Source of the DNA: Epiperipatus broadwayi
Taxonomy: Eukaryota; Animalia; Onychophora
Assembly: GCA_028023455.1 (NCBI GenBank)
Contig: JAQFVV010000005.1
Coordinates: 11,408,001 to 11,472,000, forward strand
Reading direction: 5' to 3'
DNA length: 64,000 nt
Of this stretch, positions 24,400 through 36,820 are shown in pieces. Made by a program: the position numbers and the translations under genes. Each line of letters starts with the position of its first letter. The stretch's first letter is position 1. The notes beneath the pieces were generated by a model, which worked only from the letters and a program-made list of their open reading frames with translations, did not search any database and was not told the origin of the DNA.

Positions 24400-27300
24400 A
24401 CATCACAAAATGTGCAGGTGGATATCTCATATAAGTCTTCTGGCATTTCAGTTAACACTAATCCTCAATTGTCTGTAATTTTAGTTGTACCCTTAGTTTC
24501 AATACCCTGATAGTCAGCACCACTTTTGACCAGCACAATACTTTTATTAGATGACATAATCTGATATTTAATTATTTCAAGTGCTATTTTTTCATCTGCT
24601 TAGTTTTTCAAGATGTTATTTATATGGCCACTGAAACAATATTCCAATGCTGTTTGAATTTTGACTATTCTGTTAAAAATTATTTTGATTATTTTTTCCT
24701 CTATATTCATAATTTACAAAGACTCTTCTCCAGCAGTATAAATATTTTTTCTCTTTCAAGTTTATTGTGTTCTTTCATATATCAATGTAAAGACTTCAAG
24801 AATTCTTATCCATAAGTTTCTAAACTGGTGATTTTTTTGTGGCAATAAATGATATGATATGTTGGTGAAGCATTGCATATTGCTTTTTCTATATTATCAC
24901 AGTTTTCTCTATCAATATTTTGTTTGATTGCTGGACAGAATTTCTAGCAATTTTATTGTACTGTGGATGGTAAAGTAGTGGGCAAACATGTTTTACCTTC
25001 CACTCAAATAAGAAACTTCAACATCTATATATGTGAGGACTTCTGTTTATCCATGGCATGTAAAATTTTATTTTTTAAAGATCAAATACTTTCCATTGAA
25101 ATAGTATTTTTCCTACTTTGGTTTCATTTAAAAATAAAATATTCTCCTTTGAACTAAAATTTTTCCCATTTTGGTCTCACATTTACCAGAATTATGAATA
25201 TATGATTTCTGAATGGATCTGTGTGTACTCCGTGGTTTTTTTCCACTTTGGTCATGAAGTTTATTTTTTGAGTGATGTGTTTGTCACAGATTGACATGAT
25301 TTGAACTTCATGAACATTATGATTTTAGGTCATAAGGTAACAAAGAATTAGATTTAATTGTACTTGGGTGACCTTGATAAGATATTTCAAGTATCTTCAA
25401 ATATCTCTGTAGAGGGGCCAGCACTTTGGCTCCCACTACTATACAAACCATTTCTTTCAGCTTCACAATGAATTCATGTCATTCACTTTTGATTCATTCT
25501 GTTACAACCGGACATCTTTGCAGAAGAATAGTGTACTATGTTCTCATTGTTAATTAATTTTGATTTCCAATGATCCAGGTAAATTATTGTGATATCTATT
25601 TTTCAATAATATCAGGTACAAGAGACATGGCATTAGCATGATAAATCTGACTCCCTATTCTAAAATATAATTTGAGATTGTATGCAGATAAAAAATTGTG
25701 TTAACATGCCATTTTAATCCAATACATTTTTCTTTGCAAAAGCCCAACAAGGCTAAATTATTAGTTATTTTTAAATGATTAGCCATATAAGCTTTAAGAA
25801 AAAATTTTGAAAGCTAACATCATTGCTAACAATTTCTTGGTCACATGTCTAATTTTTTTGTCTTTGACAATGTCCTGCATATAAATATGATTGGATATTA
25901 ATTCTTTACTGCGGGATGATGAATGGCTGGCCCATTTCATATTCTGAACATATTTTAAGGTTACTTCCATATGACTACCAAAATGTACACTTAAACAGAT
26001 AATGGACCATATTGCTTTAGATTTTTGGAAATTTCTTGTGTGTTTCAGACCCAATATTGATTTTTTTTTCCACAGAAAATTGTTGTAAAAGCATGTGTAC
26101 ATGAGGTTCAGATTTTCAAAAAGTTTACTAGACCTACACAAATCTGAAAATTTTCATATTTTTAAAATTACTGTGTTATCACTTTAACCTTTTCTCAGAT
26201 CCCTGTACCAGAAGTAATCTATTCCAAAAATTGTATTTCTTTTGGATTCTATATGCACTTCTCAGTGTTCAATTTAATTGAGAGTTGCTCACATATTTTA
26301 ACTATTCTAGTACATAGCAATTCTTCCAAAATTTTTATTATTAGAATATCGTAAAAACAAGATGTAATGTCATTCATTCTATTGAGCAAATTCATTCATT
26401 TTTACTTACAAAGTGTTTGGTGTTGCTGTAATTTAAAAGGTAGACAGTGGTAATTAAGCAATCAATTATTTTCTGTATTAGTTACTTGGCCATTTCTTTT
26501 AACATTGGTATCTGGTTGAAAACAACATTCAGATTAAGCTTTGCAAAGAATTTTAATTAGTCCACACTTGAAATTTTCATTTATCTTTAAAATGAGATAT
26601 GGGCTTTTACTTAGTGCCTTGTTAAAAGTTATTTTATAATCTCTACAATACACAAATTTGGCTGTTAAGTTTAGGTGTAATGATTATGGGGATGGCTCAT
26701 TCAGAATTTTCCACTGTTATTAGGACTCCCTTTTTAATAAATTCTTTACAACTTCTTTAATCTTTGCTTTCTGATTAAATTGTATCTCCTGTGGTTTATA
26801 ATGCACAGATTTTAAACTCTTCTCTACCAACAGCTCTATTTTGAAAGATACTGCATTAATCTTTCTCTACTTCAAATAGTTTTGAAACTTAATGTGTATT
26901 ACCCTTTCAGTATTGAATTTTTTAATTGTACAGATCTTTATGCCTAGAGGAACAAACCATTCTCTTGCTAATATAGGTTTTACATTGTCTTTTGCAATGA
27001 ATAAATTCAGTTGTTGTGTATATTGATTAACTACACCTATTAACACAATAATCTTTCCATTAGCATCATCAACTTTAAGTTTGGTTTTCACTATTTTAGG
27101 CAAAGTATCATTTTTATTCTGACTCGATCTCTTTGAGACATGAGGGATATAACAGCTCTACTATTTATTTCCATTCCTACAGATTTGTTGCAGGATTTCA
27201 ATTTAGTTTGTATTAACTTTGTTGACTTCATTATTATTCTTAGTAGACCTTGTTTACTTTGAAATTGTTTCTTTTTTTTTTTTTTTGGCCAACCATAGCT

Positions 27301-28800
27301 ATGTGATCTTTCTGATAGTTTTTATTATACATATTTTTGTAATACTATGTGTCTGAGTTTCCATCATTGTACCATTCTATTTTTAGGTCTTCAACATTGC
27401 TTTCCTTTAGAATAATCAGTTGTTTGGGGTTTTTTTTAGATGAATTGCTGGATTGTTTTTATTCAACTAAGTACCAATTGCCAGACAATATATGTCTTGA
27501 TGAATTTCATCTGTGACAGATTGATTATAATTCATGTATCATAAATGTTATTCCAATAGTGTTTCCTCCAAATAATCTTCCTTTGTACAATCAACATCAT
27601 AATCTTATATATCTTCCTCCCATAATTGAGGGCTAAAATAATTTTAACAAAGTCTCAAGAATGTAAACTTTCTTGGTCATTTGTCTGGCAAAGTAAATTT
27701 GTAATTTTGATTAATCTACTTTCACTAAAAAAAAATAAAAAAAAATTAAAGTGGAAACTTTTGCAATCTTATATTTAGAATTGTTAATTATTAAGTACTT
27801 GTCTATACACTTTGTATAGTTAGATTACTTAAGTGGCTTGTTAATGTCAAATTGTAGTTTATGCTATTCTGCTGCATATTATTTATCAACTAAACATTAA
27901 ATCCTTAAATTTGTTTTCTTATGCTCTTTAGTGCTGTATAGTCTCTTTATTCTTGGATCACACTAATTGATATTTTAGTGGCATGTCAATTAATATGTTA
28001 ATTAATGGCTTGTGATTGCGCTAATTTGCTAGTTAGCAGCCTATCAAATGCACCAATAAGTATACTCTATTCAAGCTTTTCAAGGCAATAACAATTTTGG
28101 CATAGAAAAAGATTTCAAATGAAACATATTCTACATTAAAGAAAAAAGCCCATAGAACACGGAAAGGTGGGAATAATTATATAATAAACATGTTGAATTC
28201 TAATATAGAAGAAAATATAGTACAAATTAAATATGTTATTTACAAAATATTAATGTGATCTGTAGACTTACCAAAAAATGTAATCTAGAATGAGGTGGCC
28301 TTTAAGTGATAATAGAGGTTTAGGGTCCTTTTTTGCAGGAAACATCATGCTTGGTGTGTAGACCATCACAGCTGGTATTTCTGTAGTTTTCCTGCTGCTT
28401 TCTGATATGTTTGAACTACTATGAGTAGATGTATAAATACTACAGCAACATATACATAAATTAAAACAAAATCCCACAATAATGACCATTTACTATATAA
28501 TCCCACAATAATGACCATTTACTATATAATCTGAGTGAATGATAATAGTATAATATACAATAAAAATTTCAGGTTAAGAAATTATTTAAATAATATATAC
28601 TTACTATATAAATGGTTGATGTAACAGAAGTGATTATAATATATAGATTTTTAATACTATTATTACTATAATGTATAGCAACCCTCAGGCTCATCAAGGA
28701 ATTATAAAGTTGGGAAAGTCTATAAAAATCCTAGGCTCCAATTAAAGTTTTTAGTAGTGAACTGCTCTGGGAAAATATTCATTCATTACTATTGAAAGTT
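24400..28800 (-). mobile_element. Decayed Gypsy LTR retrotransposon internal region (Mag-like), copy 1
   Basis: Minus-strand order: gag knuckle remnant (~27300), protease (KPILAREW, ORF 26867-27103), RT (SE*AIPIIITPK..RDYK, ~26700), integrase Zn finger GHP (~25370). LTRs were not identified. Confidence 0.8.
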
Positions 28801-29497
28801 TTCATTCATCTTTTTTCTGTCCTGATGTTTCAGTGATTGAAATTCCAGCCAAACTATATTTAGGAGACATTGTTTGTTGCTATTGTTTTTTGAATTTACT
28901 AATTATTTTAATTACAGTTGTACTTAATAATTATCTTTTTAATTAAAGTTGTGCTTCTTAATTAATGAATACTATAACCTCTGAGTTTGACTATTATCTA
29001 TAGTTAAATATTAGTTAAATTTAGATGCAATTAGTTTTTACTTTTACCTTATAAAAATTAACTTAGTTTGAATAATACTTATACAAAATAACTTAATTAT
29101 TATATATGTGGCTTCCACAATCTTTGTTTATATACTTCTGTTTTAGGTATAAATTCTTTATGAAAGGTTGCTTCTATTTTATTCTCTCAATTCACGAGTT
29201 CTGTATTTTTTTTCCACTTCTATCTTAGATGTTTAGACACGTAGTGGGCTAGAATAATTAAAAAAAAAAAAAATTTAAAAATACATCCATTTATAAAACT
29301 GTGAAGTAGCATGTGATACTATTAAGTTTTAAAGAATATTTAAATAGTTGTAGCTTCTTAATTAATCACACCTGTACATTATACGCCATTCATATTTTAA
29401 GTAGTATGTACATAAACTCTATCAGTGCGTAGTTTTTCCATGTGTAACCGTGGAGAAACAGTGCCACACAGTGGGCTAGAATCTTGGTAGTCGCTGT

Positions 29498-29700
29498 TAG
29501 CAGATGACACATAAGCTAAATGTGTTTACGGCAATCAGCGCCACCTAGGTTCTTGGTATCTTCTGGTAGCAGACGATGTAAGCTAAATGGGCTTACGCAC
29601 TGTGACCAGCGCCACCAAGCAGGCAGCTTTGCTGCCAGCCAGCTGGTGGAATGTTCCTGTGCTTATGCATTGTGAACAGCGCCACCAGCTGGAATTTGCA
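29498..29700 (+). repeat. GC-rich three-unit ~70-bp tandem repeat with invariant CAGCGCCACC
   Basis: The motif lies at 29536, 29607 and 29677 (spacing 71 and 70). Units 1 and 2 also share TAGCAGA..TAAGCTAAATG. Confidence 0.8.
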
Positions 29701-30299
29701 ATGCTATATTTGGGGCCCCTAAGTCACAAGTACCAATTATTCAATACTTACTCTATTGTATGCTTAGTGTGATGACAAAACTATGTTCCCATTTTCAACA
29801 ATATGAGCTCAATTTTACATAATTTAATTATCACTCTTACAAGTAAATTTTGCTTAATGAATCTCTGACTCAAATGTTTTGATCTACTATTAATTCTTTG
29901 TTTTTATCTACTATAATATTATTTTTTAGCAAGCTTTAATAATAACAATTCAGTTTTTAGCCAAGTATTTTTTTTAGTGCCAAATTCTCTATTGATGCTC
30001 TGGGAATAGAATGCTCAAATGAAATCCTTCATGGAGTTATAAAGAATCTTTTTGTTAAGAACTTGTTTAAGCACTATGTAGCTTTTTCAGCTAATCAATT
30101 TGACTCTGGATGATATGGTATGGTACAAATATATTATATATGCAACACATTTGAAAAGTCTTCAAATTCAAGTAAAAATTAGAGCTAATACTTATTAGTA
30201 AGCTTTTTATGTTGCTTAAAAGTCAAAAAATCTTTTTAAAGATTGATATAGTTTCACTGAACAGAAAATTTTAACAAACCTATAATCTACCCAGTAAGA

Positions 30300-32150
30300 G
30301 TATAAGTCAATCAGAAATGAGTGCCAACTCAAGGGTTCTAAGTGGTTCGTGTGGATTTGTTTGTAGGGTTTATTTACAGTTGGCCATGAAGTATATGTTC
30401 ATTACTTATTTCTGGTATGCATTTGAATAGCATTTTACACATGCTTTTACTGTGTTTTAAATGTTATTTTCAATTGTTGACCACAATAAATAAACATAAT
30501 AAGTTGTTAGCTTAGAAAATTCCTGTGTGCCCTTAATCAATAAACTTTGAGATTTCTGTGCATCCATGGAATACTATAAGTGCTCAATCATCTATCAGTA
30601 AGCATCTCTTAATTACAGGCATGTGATTGTATATTTTTCACAATATCACTGGATATTAAGTCATTTATTTTGCCAATGAAATAGTTTACATTCATCAACA
30701 GCTATAGTTGATTTGCTATTACCTCGCTATTCAGACACTTAATTTGTGTATCTAAATAATTTGTGAATATTTGTCCTGCTATAATACTTTTATTGTTATT
30801 TGGTATTTGAGACAGTAAATTAGAATTAGTATGTTATAAAAGTACTCTTTCTATATTCATGTTGATCATCTTATCCAGACAACATTTTAATATAATATAG
30901 TATGCATGGACTCAAATGATCAGGTAATTGTATTGATCTTGAAAAGATTTCTAGTAATGATTAATAATGGGTTATAACTAAAATTATTATATAAAAATTG
31001 GTAGTTTTAATCTCAATGATGACTGCTAATGTTTTTTGTCTATGGATGTAGTTTTTCTCACCTTTGACAATCTCTTCAATGCAGAAGTTATGGGTTACTT
31101 GCCTTCATTTGTGGTATGGCTTATTGCTGCTTCTACCCCATACTTGGATGCATCAATGGTCAATATTGCACATGCATTATTATTATAATTTATTATTAGG
31201 TCATTCAAGGTCAGCACAAAACCTTTTGTCTTAATCATTCCTTCCAACTTTTTCTCCAGTAATTCATATAGCTTTAAAATTATGTGGGCATTTTTTTTAA
31301 AGTGGCATTTAAAATAGCCAATAAAACCAAGAAAAGATTGCAATTCTTTGACATTTTGAGATCTTTTTGCATTTTTGTAAGCTACTATACTCTTATGCAT
31401 TGGTTTCATACTATTGAATATTTTATGCTCTAAAAATTATTTCTGGAATATTTTAAAGACATTTTTTTACTCAATCTAGCTCTTAATTTAGGAAGCTTAT
31501 ATACTTTATGACTTTGTTCTGCAGATCCCCAAGATGATGATTATCAAAAATATCATCAAAGCTTGCACCATATATCTTTAAAAATATTTGGCCCATCATT
31601 GATTGAAAAATGTTTAGTGCAATGGCAATGCAAAATGGCAGAAATTTGCCTTTGAAAAGACTGAAAGTTGTCAGAGCTAAATATCTGCTGAAGTTTCTGA
31701 AATGATTATTTGATGGAATGGTAGCATTGAGAACTGATTTTATATAGGGCTTAGCCCCTTCAAGTGCAACTAGTATTTCACAATCACTTGGCACTAGCTA
31801 ATTATTTTTATTTAGTGTTAGGTAGCCCATTCTGAGTTTTTCATAGGATTTAATATTGCTTTATTTGATAATTCTTTTCATGCCCTGTCCAGTTTTGCTC
31901 ATAGCACATGTGGTACTTTCCATGGATCACACGATATGGATTTTGTATTTTCATTCTATCAATCTCAACTGGGTTTATTCTGATTTTCCTTAGCTTCTGT
32001 TTTAAATAATTAATAGGACTGTACTGCATATTTTATTTTCAACCATAATTTTTTAACAATCATTATTTTAATGGTGTTCAACTTAAACCAGTCTCTTCAA
32101 TTGTAGGATTTCCTTTGTCCTAAATAAATAATATGAAGCCAGGCAATTTT
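30300..32150 (-). mobile_element. Gypsy RT-RNaseH-integrase fragment, related family
   Basis: ORF 31483-31794 has LPFCIAIALNIFQSMM..FDDI. ORF 31095-31409 has NVKELQSFLGFIGYF..TIDASKYGVEAAISH. Confidence 0.85.
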
Positions 32151-32549
32151 GTCATTTGCCTATAATGGCATAATAATTTTTTTAGCTATGTTATTTTGCT
32201 AACCACTTATCTCTTTTGCTGTGAATCATATTTTATCTAGTTTGATTATATATAAAATTGATTTTCAATCATTACACAATCTTAATAATATTCTTGAATG
32301 AATAACAATTTGCAGGAAAACTGGACATAGAATATTTTAATAAACAGCATTATTTTAATGCTACTTATAATATATGCATTTCAATATCTAATAATAATAA
32401 TAATAAATAACCATTCAAATATGATTATAACTATTCCAATTTCAAAAAAGAAAAGAGAAAAAATTTCTCTAGAAATGAGTTTTGTAATGACTATATAAAC
32501 CAATCTGTGATCTACAAACTCATTCCCATTTAAAACATGCTGCTCCATT

Positions 32550-34780
32550 TTTGTGTTTGTTTGTTATTTTACAATGTTGTTAATTAGTTTCTCATCATAA
32601 AACTTCTTTCTGAAATACTTCAACACAATGCCCAATGGTAGCTTTCCAATATCTTCTGCACTCTGTATTTACCTATTCAATGCTCATGAAGATAATCCTT
32701 ATAACAGAGAGGAGTCTGCCTCCTCTATGAAACACATGTTTAAGCCTACCATAAAATACCCTCTTCAGAAATCTTTCATTGTTCATTTGTTTTACATGAC
32801 CATCTAACAAAAATACATTTTTACAATAGTGAACTTCATAATGTCACTTCCAGCAAGCTGAAAAACATATTAATTAGCTTTACAATCTTCGATTGTATTT
32901 TTAAAATTTTACAGAACATCTTTAAAGAAACTTTTGTAATGTATTTATATTACTCTAATAGAGAATCCATGTTTAACATTCACACAATAAATTAAGTAAA
33001 ATATCATAGTTATATAAAGTTCATTTAGACGAAGTAGTTATTTTTCTATGATGAAATACTCTATCTCTTAACTTGTTAAAAGCAGCTGTTGGATCTTAAC
33101 ATTGAAATCCATCTGTCTACTTATAAAAGATGATAACTATCCAAGATGAAAGTTGCTAAAGATTTTTCTTCCATCACTGATTGATAAACAAGTTGAGGTT
33201 TTTGAACATTAATTAATAAACTTGAGATCTATATAAGTTCCATTCACAATATTAAGAGCATTTTATAAATCATCTTTTGAACTGGAAAAAGTCTATTATA
33301 ACCTTCAGATACTGTAAATACAAAGGGATGAAGTTCTTGTTTTTTCTTTTAAGCAATTCAAATTAAAATTTTTATCATCAAACTGTACTATATTTTCATC
33401 CCTATCTCAATCCATCTATAATTTATTCCTGAGACCATTGTCATAAAAATTGAAAACAATGTTGGAGCAAGTACACACACTTGTTTAATATGACTTTTCA
33501 TTTCAAACGCCTCTGATTTTCCATTTGTAATTGAAATACTTCCTTTTATTCCATCATTAAGAAGTTTTAGAATAGCAATACATTTTGGTGGACAACCAAC
33601 TAATTTCAAACAATGCAATATACCTGTAGTATTAACTTAATTAAATGTCTTGACCAAATCAATAAAAGCAATACATAAATAACTCCTTTTCTTGCATTTA
33701 CCTGACAACAAAAATCATATCTCTAGTGCTTATTGATTCAGTAAAGTTCCATTGAGTCTCTAATAAATATCTATAACTGAAAGCAATCATATCCACAAAA
33801 TTCTTGAAAATGCATTTGCTATAGTGGATAATAATGTTATTCTATGATAATTATGCACTCTCATCTATTTCCTTTATTTTCTAAAAATGGAACAATAAAA
33901 GCATGTTTAAGATCAAATGGCACAACTTTATGGATCCAGATATTTTTAAAACTTCCAATAATTTTGAGACTAACATCACCATGTTTTAAAACTTCAAGAT
34001 ATTTCATCAGCACCTGCAGGATTTTTATTTTTAAGATTACAAAGAATACATTGATTTCATTAAGCTCCGTTTAAATTTAAAAAAGTACACTAAATGTATA
34101 TACAGTATTATTAAAAGCCATCATTTCATTTCTTGTATCATTATTCAAAGTATGACCAAAAATTATTTTCATGGTTCAAAACATTATCATCATAAAAAAG
34201 AATGACATTGTCAGATTTAATGCAATTGTGATATTTTTTTTCAGGTTCATATGTTGCTTTTAATGCTTCATCAGCAAATGTCTGTATCTCCACCAAACAT
34301 CTTTAAGCCTTCTTGGCCATTATTGAACTTTTGTCTTCAGATCTTTATATTTGTTGTGGTTTCACATTTAATTTATTTTGCCTAGCAGAGAATACCATGT
34401 GTGATCATCAATCCATGTGTTGTGCTTAAATTAAACAATAATACTCTATTAGAATTTTTAGCCTCAATCTCTTTATTTCCAATAAATTTGGCCATATTGT
34501 ATTATTTATATCAACACTGTTGTTCAAGTCTCGAAAAAAGAGTACAAGTTTTTTTTAATTCTCTGAATATAAGGCTAGAGAGCATAGACTCTAATAAAAT
34601 GAGTCCTAGTACCATTATGCAAGATGAGTTTTAAGATCATTAATCTTTCATTGATACAATGAGGAATTCCAACAATAGTGTATAATAAATTAAATTTTAC
34701 AGCAAATCTAATACCATGCATTCTTTTTTATTCATTGATAAATTGCCTTTCCAAAAAACTTTGTAAGTATCCATCTGTTT
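32550..34780 (-). mobile_element. Decayed RTE-clade LINE
   Basis: ORF 33388-33618 has GCPPKCI..KQVCVLAPTLFSIF. LCIAFIDL..F at ~33690-33640. C-terminal GHVKQMNNERFLKRVFYG at ~32800-32745. Confidence 0.85.
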
Positions 34781-35883
34781 TAATAATTTTTTTTTTAATC
34801 TGGGAAACAAGTTTTGCTAAAATCAACTATATAAAACTTAAGTCTTGAAACAATAAGGATAATTAGGCTTCTTAGTCTTAAAGAATTTGTATCAAATAAA
34901 ATGCACACATTCTATACACATTTTTTAGAAAAAAATCAATTTATATTTTTATATTTATGAGTAGCACTGCCTTTTACTATACCACTACTATTGATATTGT
35001 TATTACTATACATGGAAATGAGTAATATGCCAAGTGTGACATATTTGTTAGACTATGAGAGACAGATCACTTTCAGATACTAATATAGACAAATTACATC
35101 AAACCTTGTTTCTCATATTTCTCAGCTAATGATTTTATGTAATAATGAATAGTGTATATTATCGAAATGTGCTGTATAAATATGTTGCTTTAATTGCTAT
35201 GCAGCTTGTTTAGTAAAGTCATTGGACTGTGAATGGCAAAGTGATATGCAACATGTTTTTCCTCATACTCAAATAACAAAGTAGCTAAATTGTAAATGTG
35301 AGGACTTCCAGTTATCCATGACATACAAAATTTAATTTTAAGAATTACATATTTCTTTTAAAAATCACATAGAGCTAGTAATTTTGCCCACTTTGATCAG
35401 GACTCCATTAGAACTATAAATATTATTTTTGAATGGAAATGTCTGACCTATGTGCACTCAACTCCATGGTTTTTAAGTTAGGCCACAAAGTATACTTTTT
35501 TGGGAAATGTGTTTGCTATGAATTGACATGATATAAAATTCATTATGTCCATTTCAATTTTAGGTGATTACATACAATTGTGCGCTAGAACATTAGACTT
35601 AACTATGGGTGACCTTTGTGATATATTATATGTATCTTCAAATGTCATGTAGTAGAATAAGAACTTTGCCATCATTAATATAAAAATTTTGTTAGTTGAT
35701 AGGAGTAGTTCTGTTTAATTTTACAGTAATTTGTGAAGGAGTTGTGCTGACTCCTGGGCCATTCATTGTTGATTCATTCTATTAACTGTAAGCCTCCACA
35801 GTAATACAGTGTGAAGTATTATAACTTTATTGACAGTTTCGATTGTTCTTTATTACTTTTTACAATTCTGAAGTACAACCCAT

Positions 35884-35924
35884 TATTGACAGTTTCGATT
35901 GCTCCAGCAATCTTCTTCAGAACT
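35884..35924 (-). ncRNA. Canonical-core minimal hammerhead ribozyme (PLE type)
   Basis: Minus strand TAGTT CTGAAGA A GATTGCT-GG-AGCAATC GAAA C T G TC AATA: intact core, 7-bp stem II, vestigial stem III, GUC triplet. Confidence 0.85.
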
Positions 35925-36780
35925 ATAACAAACACAATACAAATATATATGAACATATAATTTTACATTTTATATTTATACATATACTTTATCTTATAAT
36001 CATTATTTAGATAACCATATATATTTTTATATACCTCTCTATACAATTATTACCTGTTTATATATTATATATTTTAATCTTTTTATATTCTATATTTATT
36101 AATCAATTCTTTCTATAATCATATATATCATAATTATTTCATTTATTTTTTTATTTTATTCTTTTTTTTTAAAAAAAATATTTAACTCTAACATTAGTAT
36201 ATTCATACTTTTATATTTTACATTATTATTATTCATTATATTAACATTCAATATGTATCATTTCCTTAACCTATAATATTATTTTTTAACATATTTTTCT
36301 AAACAAATTTCGACATTAAAAAAAAAAAGATTTAATTATATAAAAAGTAAAAAGAGGGAGCTACTAAAATATAACTGTAAAATTTAAAAGTTTGAATTTA
36401 GCAGTTAAGATTTGGAAATATAAGTAGAAGGTAGATATAAAAAATATGTTAAAAAATAATATTATAGGTTAAGGAAATTATAAATATTGAATGTTAATAT
36501 AATGAATAACAATAATGTAAAATATAAAAATATGAATATATAATGGTAGAGTCAAATATTAAAAAATTAATAAGAATAAAATGAAAAATAAATGAAGTAA
36601 AAATGATATATATATATATGATTATAGGAAGTATTGATTGATAAAATATAGATTATAAAAAAGATTAAAATGTGTAATATATAAAAAGGTAAGAATTATA
36701 TAGTGAAGTATATAATATATAATGTAAAATTATATGTTCATGTATATTTGTATTCATGTATTTGTATTGTGTTTGTTATA

Positions 36781-36820
36781 CTTCTGAAAAGAGATCATTG
36801 GGGCAATTGAAACTGTCAAT
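36781..36820 (+). ncRNA. Degenerate sister copy of the canonical hammerhead
   Basis: CTT CTGAAAA GA GATCATT-GG-GGCAATT GAAACTGTC AAT: G8 is mutated to A and stem II is broken. Confidence 0.6.
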
